Below are positions 33,952-41,632 of a stretch of DNA of 50,014 nt, piece after piece. Made by a program: the position numbers and the translations under genes. The stretch spans positions 1-50,014 of the forward strand of contig JAZDLA010000013.1 in the NCBI GenBank assembly GCA_043802425.1. The letters run 5' to 3'. Source of the stretch: Candidatus Omnitrophota bacterium (GTDB lineage: Bacteria; Omnitrophota; Gorgyraeia; Gygaellales; Profunditerraquicolaceae). Position 1 is the stretch's first letter. Every line of letters begins with the position of its first letter. Under the pieces are notes generated by a model. It was not told the DNA's origin. It saw only the letters and a list, made by a program, of their open reading frames with translations, and made no database searches.

Positions 33952-35183
33952 TGCCGTACTTTTATTACATAGCCAGGGACGATAAGGGTATGAAGGTTAC
34001 CGGGAGCGAAGATATCGCATCGGCGGATGAATTAGTCGTTCGGTTGCAGGCAAAAGGGTTGTTAGTGATAAGCATTACTTCTGACGCAAAGGAAGCCGAT
34101 ACTGCTTTTAAGTCGGGGAAAAAACGAGAGCAAGCGCATTTTAAGCATTTCGGTATTCACGGAGAGGATTTAGTGATATTTTCACGGCAATTAGCTGCTC
34201 TTTTGGGTGCAGGGGTAACTATTTTGAAAAGCATCAATATAATCTCCAAGCAGATATATAGCCGCAAACTCTATAATGTTTTAAGAGAGATAGAGAGTAG
34301 CTTAGAGGGGGGCTTGACTTTTCACGAAGCTATGGCCAAACACCCCAAGGTATTTTCAGAATTATGGACTAATCTAGTAGAGAGCGGTGAGGCCAGCGGA
34401 AATCTGGCTGTAGTTTTAGGTCGTTTAGCTACTTACCTGGAAAGGACGGCGGCATTCCAGAAGAAGATTATCTCCAGCCTCATCTATCCAATCATACTTT
34501 TACTGGCAGGTACGGGTGCCATGCTTTTTTTGACTATAAAGATCATCCCTACCTTTGCGGAGTTATTTAAAGGGTTTAATGTAACCTTGCCTTTTCTCAC
34601 CCGGATGATTATTGCTGTAAGTAATTTTGTTCGCAAATCAATGCTTGCTATTATCGGCATAGCGGCAGTAGCCTTTTTTCTCATCAGAAGGTATATTAAT
34701 ACAAAAGACGGGAGAAGTAAATTTGAAAAGATGGAATTTAATTTACCGATGTTTGGCGAGTTCTTTCGCGCCTTGGTCGTAGAGAGATTTTCTTCCGAGA
34801 TGTCCACGTTGATTGAGAGCGGCGTTCCCCTTTTATATTCTCTGGAGATCACCGAACACAGCGTGAGTAATTTAACCATGGCAGCGATTGTGCGTCAGAT
34901 AAAAGAAGACGTGCGCCAGGGTAAACCTTTAAACGATAGCATAGCCAAGAGCAATTTTTTTGAGCCTATGGTTATCCAGATGGTCTCCGTTGGCGAAGAG
35001 ATCGGGGAGTTACCCCAGATGTTTAAGCGCATAAATACCTTCTACCAGGAATACACCGAGACCTTTTTGGGGCGGTTTACCACTATGTTTGAACCATTTA
35101 TGCTGATATTTATGGGTTTAGTGATTGGTGTGATGGTCATCGGGATATTCTTGCCGATATTTCAGCTTACGCAGATTAGATGA
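33951..35183 (+). CDS. PilC/GspF-family inner-membrane platform protein
   Basis: Two T2SSF repeats (FSRQLAALLGAGVTILKSI..., FSSEMSTLIESGVPLLYSL...), three TM helices, 410 aa. Start overlaps the ATPase stop. Confidence 0.92.
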   Translation: MPYFYYIARDDKGMKVTGSEDIASADELVVRLQAKGLLVISITSDAKEADTAFKSGKKREQAHFKHFGIHGEDLVIFSRQLAALLGAGVTILKSINIISKQIYSRKLYNVLREIESSLEGGLTFHEAMAKHPKVFSELWTNLVESGEASGNLAVVLGRLATYLERTAAFQKKIISSLIYPIILLLAGTGAMLFLTIKIIPTFAELFKGFNVTLPFLTRMIIAVSNFVRKSMLAIIGIAAVAFFLIRRYINTKDGRSKFEKMEFNLPMFGEFFRALVVERFSSEMSTLIESGVPLLYSLEITEHSVSNLTMAAIVRQIKEDVRQGKPLNDSIAKSNFFEPMVIQMVSVGEEIGELPQMFKRINTFYQEYTETFLGRFTTMFEPFMLIFMGLVIGVMVIGIFLPIFQLTQIR

Positions 35184-35192
35184 AATAAATTA

Positions 35193-35221
35193 TTGACAAG
35201 GTATTTTGGGTATGATAAAGT
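35193..35221 (+). promoter_or_regulatory. Possible internal promoter ahead of the major pilin gene
   Basis: TTGACA (35193-35198), 17-nt spacer with TG, weak -10 TAAAGT (35216-35221). AAAGGAGG SD before the ATG at 35257. Confidence 0.3.
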
Positions 35222-35256
35222 AAAAAATGTAGTTGTTTTAATTAAAGGAGGTAGGA

Positions 35257-35694
35257 ATGAAAAAAGGTTTTACGTTGTTGGAACTGATTGTAGTTATCAT
35301 CATCATCGGTATCCTGGCTACCCTGGGTATTACCCAGTATACAAAGGTAATCGAGAAGGCACGTTCAGCTGAGGCAAAACAGATAATCGGTGCCATCAGG
35401 AGCAATGCTGCAGCTGTTTATATGCAGAATAACAATTCTTGTACAAATTGTACCGCTACCAACGTAGGGATAGGTAGTGATTATCCTGGCCCCGCAGCAG
35501 CTAATTGCGCGAGCGCAAACTATTTTTGGTATAATGTTACGGCAAATGATGCTAATAGTATTACCACATTAGCCACAAGATGCCTAGCAGGAGGCAAGAC
35601 GCCGCAAGGAATAGCTCCTGCCGGCACGGTGCAACTTGTAAGTGATTTCCGTAGTACCGGAGGCGATACCTGGACCACTACCGGCGGATATTAA
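35257..35694 (+). CDS. Type IV pilin / major pseudopilin
   Basis: MKKG/FTLLELIVVIIIIGILATLGI is a canonical prepilin signal (G-1, F+1, E+5). 145 aa. First of four prepilin genes and has the strongest SD. Confidence 0.85.
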   Translation: MKKGFTLLELIVVIIIIGILATLGITQYTKVIEKARSAEAKQIIGAIRSNAAAVYMQNNNSCTNCTATNVGIGSDYPGPAAANCASANYFWYNVTANDANSITTLATRCLAGGKTPQGIAPAGTVQLVSDFRSTGGDTWTTTGGY

Positions 35695-35698
35695 TATC

Positions 35699-36109
35699 AT
35701 GTCTAATAAAAGATGCCGGGGCATGAGTTTAATGGAGCTTGTAGTCGTCATTGTCATCGTCGGTGTCTTATCGGCTATCGCTATACCTAATTTTAACAGA
35801 TCCCGCGAGCGCGCCCTAGGCCAGGAAGCCAGGGCTACTGTTAAGCTTATCGTTGCCGCAGAAAAGATCTATAACATGGAGGCGGGTAGTTATTATTATT
35901 CAAGCGATAGGGCAAATATAAATACAAATCTTAAGCTCTCCCTTGCTGCAACAAATTGGACTTATTCCATTACCAACGCAGGCGGTAGTTATACTGTTTA
36001 TGCGCAACGAATCGCTGGCTATGGCAGCTATTCTAATTGTTTATATTCGCTTGCTTACGGTGACGCTGATGATGAGCCGAATGCCAATTCCACGAGTTAT
36101 TGCCCTTGA
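35699..36109 (+). CDS. Prepilin-type minor pilin/pseudopilin
   Basis: The track ORF starts at 35642, inside the previous gene. ATG at 35699 gives MSNKRCRG/MSLMELVVVIVIVGVLSAIAIPNF (G-1, E+5). Confidence 0.75.
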   Translation: MSNKRCRGMSLMELVVVIVIVGVLSAIAIPNFNRSRERALGQEARATVKLIVAAEKIYNMEAGSYYYSSDRANINTNLKLSLAATNWTYSITNAGGSYTVYAQRIAGYGSYSNCLYSLAYGDADDEPNANSTSYCP

Positions 36110-36172
36110 TAGAAAGAGTTTTCCAAGATATAGCTGAGATATAAAAAGTAAGATTAAAGAGAGAGGTTTAAT

Positions 36173-36526
36173 GTGGACAGAAAAAGAAAAGGATTAAGCT
36201 TACTAGAAATTATCATTTCCGTGCTTATTCTGTCCCTGGTTATGACCGGCATTGCTAATATCTTCATTTCCGGTAAAAAGCACATTGGGCACACCCGTTC
36301 CAAAATTCAGGCTGCAGAATTAGGCAGGGTATTCCTGGCCCCCTTACAGAAAGATGTGCGCCAGGACCTCTGGGGGAGTAATTGTTTAAGTGCCCAAGCA
36401 GGGTGTCCGGGGCCGCAAACTATCCAGTCTATAGTATATACCCCTGATTACCAAATTAGCGATGTCGCCGGGACTACCTTGCGTAAGGTAAAAGTAACGA
36501 TAAGTTGGGATGAGCCAGAGGCATAA
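36173..36526 (+). CDS. Prepilin-type minor pilin (GspI/PilV-like size)
   Basis: GTG start after a GAGAGAGG SD. MDRKRKG/LSLLEIIISVLILSLV (G-1, E+5). 117 aa. Confidence 0.7.
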   Translation: MDRKRKGLSLLEIIISVLILSLVMTGIANIFISGKKHIGHTRSKIQAAELGRVFLAPLQKDVRQDLWGSNCLSAQAGCPGPQTIQSIVYTPDYQISDVAGTTLRKVKVTISWDEPEA

Positions 36527-37157
36527 TAAGTCTATAACCCTCATAGAATTAATTATTTCTATCGCTATAATGGGGCTTCTTGCCCTTGCCTTTTCTAACC
36601 TGGATACCTTTACCCGCTTTCAGGTCACGAGTTCAGATAGGCGGATTCAGCTACAGCATACTTTATCTTATACCTTAGAGCATATGGTCAAGGAAATAGG
36701 CAAGGCTATTGGTAGCGTGGTTTCGGATTCGCCTAAACCAGTAGTTTTAGGTAATATTGGCGGCGATAGCAGTATAAAAATATGGGTAGATTTCAATCAG
36801 AATGGTCAACGCGATGCTGCTGACCGGCAAATCGCTTATAGATATACAGGTACGATAGGTATTCCCAACCGCAAAAACGAAATTTGGTATTGTCCGCAAT
36901 GTACAGATAATCCCTGCGCTGACTGTATTCCGCAGTGGCCGGTAGGGCTTCCCACCAGCAACAATATTATGAGTAAGAAAGTTACCGCCTTCACCCCTAC
37001 TTATGACCCTGATGATCCGGATAGTAATAGTTATCTAGATGTTACACTCACTGCCTGTTGGGATCCCACAGAGGCTGCTTTTTCCTGCGGCACGCCTGAT
37101 AACCCTACCGTTACTATGCGTAATCGCATTGATTTACGCTCGGTTTCTACCCATTAA
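36510..37157 (+). CDS. Prepilin-type minor pilin (GspJ/PilW-like)
   Basis: MSQRHNKS/ITLIELIISIAIMGLLALAF has E+5 but Ser rather than Gly at -1. The PulJ-like helix LQHTLSYTLEHMVKEIGKA follows. 215 aa. Confidence 0.7.
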   Translation: MSQRHNKSITLIELIISIAIMGLLALAFSNLDTFTRFQVTSSDRRIQLQHTLSYTLEHMVKEIGKAIGSVVSDSPKPVVLGNIGGDSSIKIWVDFNQNGQRDAADRQIAYRYTGTIGIPNRKNEIWYCPQCTDNPCADCIPQWPVGLPTSNNIMSKKVTAFTPTYDPDDPDSNSYLDVTLTACWDPTEAAFSCGTPDNPTVTMRNRIDLRSVSTH

Positions 37158-37245
37158 ACTAAAAGCAGCATTTTATTAAAAAATAGGTATTTTTTTATTT
37201 GCGCAAAGACCTAAGCTATGCTAAATTTAGACTTAAACTTACCTT

Positions 37246-37321
37246 GGGGCAGTAGCTCAGCTGGGAGAGTGTCGCGTTCGCATCGCGAAGGCCGTGGGTT
37301 CGAATCCCATCTGCTCCACCA
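37246..37321 (+). tRNA. tRNA-Ala (anticodon CGC), CCA encoded
   Basis: Cloverleaf read by hand: acceptor GGGGCAG/CTGCTCC with the G3:U70 alanine identity pair, anticodon loop TTCGCAT, T-arm GTGGG TTCGAAT CCCAT, then ACCA. Confidence 0.95.
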
Positions 37322-37350
37322 TATTTTCCCGACAAGGGAAAATATGGTGG
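37316..37350 (+). other. 15-bp hairpin that includes the tRNA-Ala 3' CCACCA end
   Basis: ccaccatattttccc (37316-37330) / gggaaaatatggtgg (37336-37350), loop gacaa. No T-run follows. Confidence 0.8.
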
Positions 37351-37588
37351 CACTAAAACGAGCGTAGTTTTGCGACAAGCAAAACAGCGAGTGTAGTGCC
37401 TAGTACCGACAAGGGAAAATATGGTGGCACTAAAGCAGTACCGTGCTTCGCACGGTGTAATTCACTGGTAAGTTAGAGCGAGTGAATTAAGCGTTGCGAG
37501 GCAGCAAGCAAAACAGCGAGTGTAGTGCCTAGTACCGACAAGGGAAATTTTGGTGGATGACGAATTAATGTAATTCGGCCTCCACCAA
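37330..37588. repeat. Direct-repeat / hairpin array downstream of tRNA-Ala
   Basis: 28-nt exact duplicate cgacaagggaaaatatggtggcactaaa at 37330-37357 and 37407-37434. 52-nt repeat at 37376-37427 and 37505-37556 (50/52 identical). Further hairpins: ccgtg/cacgg, taattcact/agtgaatta, cgaatta/taattcg, ttggtgga/tccaccaa. Confidence 0.85.
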
Positions 37589-37595
37589 TAATCTC

Positions 37596-38699
37596 ATGAA
37601 AAGATTTTTAAGATGCATTTTTAGTATTTTCCTTCTTTTTAGTTTAATTTTTATCTGCACCCATCTACCCCGTGCCTCTACTCTAGAAAGTTTAAAAGAA
37701 GCTCTTTTTTATGAAAAATTAGAGAATAAAACAGTACAGTGCCAGTTGTGCCCGCGAAAGTGCGTTATACCCGATGGCAGGCGCGGTTTTTGCCAAATCC
37801 GGGAGAATCGCGATGGCCTATTATATACCCTGGTTTATGCCAAGCCTGTAGCTATACATATTGACCCTATTGAGAAGAAACCTCTGTTTCATTTCTTGCC
37901 CGGTACAAGCACATTTTCCATTGCTACCGCCGGATGTAATTTAAGGTGTAAGTTCTGCCAGAACTGGGAGATTTCTCAGCGCCGGCCGGAAGAAGTGAAA
38001 TACGTTTACCTGGAGCCCCAAGAATTAATAGAACAGGTTTTGGAGTCAGGCGCGCTAACAATAGCCTATACTTATTCTGAGCCTACCATCTTCTATGAAT
38101 ATATGCTGGAAACCGCCAAGTTAGCCAGAGAAAAAGGGATTAAAAACATTATGCATTCCTGTGGTTATATAAATGAACTTCCTTTACGACAATTAGCTAA
38201 ATATCTGGATGCTGCGAATATAGATTTAAAAGGCTTTAGCGATGATTTTTATAAGAAGATGTCCGAGGCTACTTTGGAACCGGTGTTAAAGAGCCTGAAA
38301 ATACTAAAACAAGAGGGTGTGCATATAGAGATAACCAATTTAATCCTTTCAGGCTATAACGACGATATGGATTTGATTGTTAAAATGTGCCTTTGGATAA
38401 AAGAAAACTTAGGTAGCGATACGCCGCTACATTTCTCACGGGCTTTCCCCATGTATAAACTCTTAAGCATTAATCCTACTCCTGTAGAGACTTTAGAAAA
38501 GGCTAGGCAGGCTGCTTTAGATTGTGGTTTAAAATATGTCTATATCGGAAACGTCGCGGGTAACTCCGCAGAGAATACCTATTGTCCGCGTTGCGCACAG
38601 ATAGTCGTAAAGCGCGCAGGCTATATGATTTTAGAGGATAATTTAAAAGACGGAAAATGTAAGTTTTGCGGAGAGAAAATTGCGGGTATCTGGAACTAA
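37596..38699 (+). CDS. amrS: AmmeMemoRadiSam system radical SAM enzyme
   Basis: Radical SAM CNLRCKFCQNWEIS cluster motif. N-terminal CQLCPRKCVIPDGRRGFCQIREN and C-terminal CPRC...CKFCG Cys motifs are typical of this family. Adjacent to Memo/AMMECR1. Has an unusual ~30-aa hydrophobic N-terminal extension. Confidence 0.88.
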   Translation: MKRFLRCIFSIFLLFSLIFICTHLPRASTLESLKEALFYEKLENKTVQCQLCPRKCVIPDGRRGFCQIRENRDGLLYTLVYAKPVAIHIDPIEKKPLFHFLPGTSTFSIATAGCNLRCKFCQNWEISQRRPEEVKYVYLEPQELIEQVLESGALTIAYTYSEPTIFYEYMLETAKLAREKGIKNIMHSCGYINELPLRQLAKYLDAANIDLKGFSDDFYKKMSEATLEPVLKSLKILKQEGVHIEITNLILSGYNDDMDLIVKMCLWIKENLGSDTPLHFSRAFPMYKLLSINPTPVETLEKARQAALDCGLKYVYIGNVAGNSAENTYCPRCAQIVVKRAGYMILEDNLKDGKCKFCGEKIAGIWN

Positions 38700-40236
38700 G
38701 CGTAAAACTCAAAAGTCAAAAGACAAAATCACAACTCAAAAGTTAAAATTTTTACTTTTGCCTTGTGGTTTTTACTTTTTATTTTGTACTTTTTACTTTG
38801 TATGTTTTGCCCAAGAGATAAAACAGCCTAATGTAGCCGGCAGTTTCTATCCTGATAATCCGCAGGAACTATCGCAGATGATTGATAATCTTCTCGCTGC
38901 GGTAAATCCCGAAGCTACGCAAGGCGAAATATTTGCTTTAATTTCACCGCATGCAGGGTATGGTTTCTCAGGAGGAGTCGCTGCCTTTGGCTATAAGCTT
39001 ATCCAGGATAAACCATATAAGACGGTGATCGTAATCGGGCCGGCTCATTATTATGGTTTTAGCGGGGTATCTGTGTATCCCGAAGGTCTATTCCGCACGC
39101 CGCTGGGGGATTTAGAAGTGGATAAGGAGTTCGCCCAGAAATTGCTTTATCGGGAAAGTGATATATATTTTGAGCCGCGTGCTTTTGAAAAAGAACATTC
39201 TTTGGAGGTACAGTTACCATTTTTACAGAAAACCATTTCTGACTTTAGGATCGTGCCTATCGTGATGGGAAAATCTAGCTTTGCTACCTGTAAGAAATTA
39301 GCGCATTTGCTTAATCAGGCAATAGGCGAGCGTAAGGATATTTTGGTAGTTGCTTCTACTGATATGTATCATGGCTATGATTATGAAGAAGCGGATGTAA
39401 TTGACCGATTGACGTTATCTTATCTAAGGAATATGGATGCCGAGGGGTTATATAATGGATTAGAGGAAGGGACCCTGCAACTTTGCGGAGGGCTGCCTGT
39501 TGTATCTACATTGATTTTAGCTAAAGCCCAAGGGTATGATAAGCTTAGAGTATTAGAGCAGACAAATTCTGCGCTAGTAACCGCAAGAAAGACCAAAGGG
39601 ACATGGACCGTAGGATATACTAGTTGTGTGATTGATCAGGAAAAAGCCTATCTGCCTAATCAGGCGAGGGAAGGGGGTAGTATGTTAACTAAAGAAGAGA
39701 GGAAGAAATTACTTATGATCGCGCGTGATTCCATAGAGACATATTTAAAAACCGGTAAAAAGATGCAACTTACTAAAAACCAAGGCCCCGTATTGCTTAA
39801 AGAAATGGGTGCCTTTGTGACACTACATGAAGATGGCCAGTTACGCGGCTGCATCGGAAATCTGGTAGGGCAGGAGCCTCTGTATCTTACGGTCAGGGAT
39901 ATGGCTGTTGAGGCAGCAACAGGCGACCCGCGTTTTTCTCCGCTAAAATTAGAGGAGCTTAAAAATATCGAGATAGAAATATCTGCACTTTCGCCCATGG
40001 AGAGAGTGGATTCTGTAGATCTGATTAAAATGGGCACCCATGGCGTCTTAATCCGCAGAGGTTATTCTAGCGGAGTATTTCTTCCCCAGGTAGCCACGGA
40101 AACAGGCTGGCCCAAAGAAGAGTTCCTCTCCAATCTTTGCAGCCAGAAAGCCGGGATCCCTGCGGATGCCTGGAGAGACAAATCTACCGAAATCTATATC
40201 TTTACTGCCGAGGTATTTTCGGAAAAAGAACTTTAG
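38680..40236 (+). CDS. Memo (AmrB) - AMMECR1 (AmrA) fusion protein
   Basis: Memo-like region: AGSFYPDNPQEL, ISPHAGYGFSGGVAAFGY, EHSLEVQLPFLQ. AMMECR1 region from about residue 336: GAFVTLHEDGQLRGCIGN, HGVLIRRGYSSGVFLPQV. TTG start at 38680 after GGAGAG. The N-terminal 45 aa are encoded by heptamer repeats, so the start is uncertain. Confidence 0.85.
   Translation: MRVSGTKRKTQKSKDKITTQKLKFLLLPCGFYFLFCTFYFVCFAQEIKQPNVAGSFYPDNPQELSQMIDNLLAAVNPEATQGEIFALISPHAGYGFSGGVAAFGYKLIQDKPYKTVIVIGPAHYYGFSGVSVYPEGLFRTPLGDLEVDKEFAQKLLYRESDIYFEPRAFEKEHSLEVQLPFLQKTISDFRIVPIVMGKSSFATCKKLAHLLNQAIGERKDILVVASTDMYHGYDYEEADVIDRLTLSYLRNMDAEGLYNGLEEGTLQLCGGLPVVSTLILAKAQGYDKLRVLEQTNSALVTARKTKGTWTVGYTSCVIDQEKAYLPNQAREGGSMLTKEERKKLLMIARDSIETYLKTGKKMQLTKNQGPVLLKEMGAFVTLHEDGQLRGCIGNLVGQEPLYLTVRDMAVEAATGDPRFSPLKLEELKNIEIEISALSPMERVDSVDLIKMGTHGVLIRRGYSSGVFLPQVATETGWPKEEFLSNLCSQKAGIPADAWRDKSTEIYIFTAEVFSEKEL
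38704..38808. repeat. A-rich heptamer block followed by a complementary T-rich heptamer block (imperfect ~100-nt hairpin)
   Basis: aaaactc aaaagtc aaaagac aaaatca caactca aaagtta (38704-38749), then ttttact tttgcct tgtggtt tttactt tttattt tgtactt tttactt tgtatgt (38750-38808). Read directly. Confidence 0.85.
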
Positions 40237-40240
40237 TCTC

Positions 40241-40894
40241 ATGTCTAAGATAATCGTCAGCATGTTCCTTACTGGTTTATTCTTTGGTTCCGGACCTTGC
40301 CTGGCTAGTTGCGGGCCTTTTCTGATTTCTTATATTGCCGGGACAAAAAAGAATATCCCCAAAAGTATACTGACTTACATTATATTTTCTTTATCCAGGA
40401 TATCGGTGTATCTGGTATTGAGCCTGGCAATTTTTACTTTAAGTCAGTTGACGGTGGCCAGATTATTAGGCAGTTTCTCTAAATACCTCTTTATCTTAGG
40501 CGGCGGGATTATGGTTTTTCTAGGCGCCCTTTTGGCTTTTGGTAAGAAAATAGCATTTCCTTTTTCGGAGTCCTTATATAATAATATGTTCCAGCGCGAT
40601 AAAAAGAGCATTCTGCTTTTAGGCCTGGTAACCGGGTTCTTGCCTTGCGCGCCGCTCTTGGCCATATTTTCTTATATAGGCTTAGTATCCCGCACGTGGT
40701 CATCCAGCCTCTTGTATGCCTTATCTTTCGGTATAGGCACATTTATTTCCCCTTTGGTATTATTAGTTGTTCTTGCGGGGTTGATTCCCCGTATGCTCGA
40801 GGGCAAAAAAACAGTTTATTATTCCATATTCAGTTTTATCTGTGGCCTGATAATTATATTATTAGGTCTGCAGTTAATCAGGGGAGCCTTCTAG
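40241..40894 (+). CDS. DsbD_2 / CcdA-like polytopic membrane protein
   Basis: The track ORF starts at 40166, inside the previous gene. ATG at 40241 gives MSKIIVSMFLTGLFFGSGPCLASCGPFL. That is the Cys-x-x-x-Cys-in-TM1 pattern of cytochrome c biogenesis/DsbD_2-type proteins. About 6 TM helices and a second conserved GFLPCAP block. Confidence 0.6.
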   Translation: MSKIIVSMFLTGLFFGSGPCLASCGPFLISYIAGTKKNIPKSILTYIIFSLSRISVYLVLSLAIFTLSQLTVARLLGSFSKYLFILGGGIMVFLGALLAFGKKIAFPFSESLYNNMFQRDKKSILLLGLVTGFLPCAPLLAIFSYIGLVSRTWSSSLLYALSFGIGTFISPLVLLVVLAGLIPRMLEGKKTVYYSIFSFICGLIIILLGLQLIRGAF

Positions 40895-41632
40895 ATGCAG
40901 AGATTATACTGCCCATCACAAAATATTTCAGATGATAAGATCACCCTCAGAGATAAAAACCAGGTCCACCATCTTAAGGACGTTTTAAGGCTTAAGATTA
41001 ACGATCCGGTGGTTATCTTTGACGATAGGGGTATTGAGTACCACTCTATTCTAGAAAAAATATCTTCTTTTAGCCTGACTTTTCGGATTCAAGATAAGAA
41101 TAAACCTGTGCCTAACCCGCAAAGAATCAAAATTACGGTTGCCTGTGCCATACCTAAAAAATCCAAGATGGAGGATATTATCGATAAACTGACGCAATTG
41201 GGGGTAGATAGGATTATCCCCCTGTTCACCGAAAGGGTGATTATCAAGCTAGACCGCCATAAAGAAACGCTACGGCTGAAACGTTGGCAAAAGGTTGCCC
41301 TAAATGCCAGCCAGCAGAGCCAGAGAAATACCCTGCCGGTTATTGAGCCGCTAAAGAAAATAGAAGAGTTGATATCCGGGTCTGGAGGTTATGATTTGAA
41401 ATTAATTCCGACACTAACGGGCGAACGTAAAACCCTTAAGGATATTTTTATAAAAACTAAAGCCGGGAATATATTATTTGTTATCGGTCCGGAAGGGGAT
41501 TTTACCCCTGGCGAGGTTAATTTAGCAAAAAAGGCAGGCTTTATTCCGGTATCACTGGGAGATCTGGTGTTGCGCGTAGAGACTGCGGCAGTAGCAGTAG
41601 CCAGCTTTATAAAATTATATGCAGACAGTTAA
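40895..41632 (+). CDS. rsmE: 16S rRNA (uracil1498-N3)-methyltransferase
   Basis: RsmE architecture: PUA-like N-terminal domain, C-terminal SPOUT domain with VIGPEGDFTPGE and LGDLVLRVETAA blocks. Confidence 0.88.
   Translation: MQRLYCPSQNISDDKITLRDKNQVHHLKDVLRLKINDPVVIFDDRGIEYHSILEKISSFSLTFRIQDKNKPVPNPQRIKITVACAIPKKSKMEDIIDKLTQLGVDRIIPLFTERVIIKLDRHKETLRLKRWQKVALNASQQSQRNTLPVIEPLKKIEELISGSGGYDLKLIPTLTGERKTLKDIFIKTKAGNILFVIGPEGDFTPGEVNLAKKAGFIPVSLGDLVLRVETAAVAVASFIKLYADS

Noticed and set aside
35943-36137. + strand overlapping ORFs in alternative frames (35943-36137, 40645-40935, 14830-15039)
   Set aside because: They are embedded in or straddle convincing genes (a minor pilin, the DsbD_2-like gene/rsmE, dapA). 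They have no motifs and no ribosome-binding sites.
27992-37321. Filament operon as a tRNA-associated genomic island (excisionase-type gene at one end, tRNA-Ala at the other)
   Set aside because: No integrase, transposase or conjugation genes are present. The tRNA 3' end points away from the cluster, so the cluster is on the wrong side for a tRNA-integrated element. The tRNA-end-like repeats lie downstream of the tRNA. The cluster's composition does not look different from its surroundings by eye.
37330-37588. Possible CRISPR array (repeated 28-52-nt units downstream of tRNA-Ala)
   Set aside because: There are only two to three copies with irregular spacing (77 and 129 nt). The spacers themselves contain parts of the repeat. 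No cas genes or leader are present. It behaves as a hairpin/direct-repeat cluster rather than a CRISPR.
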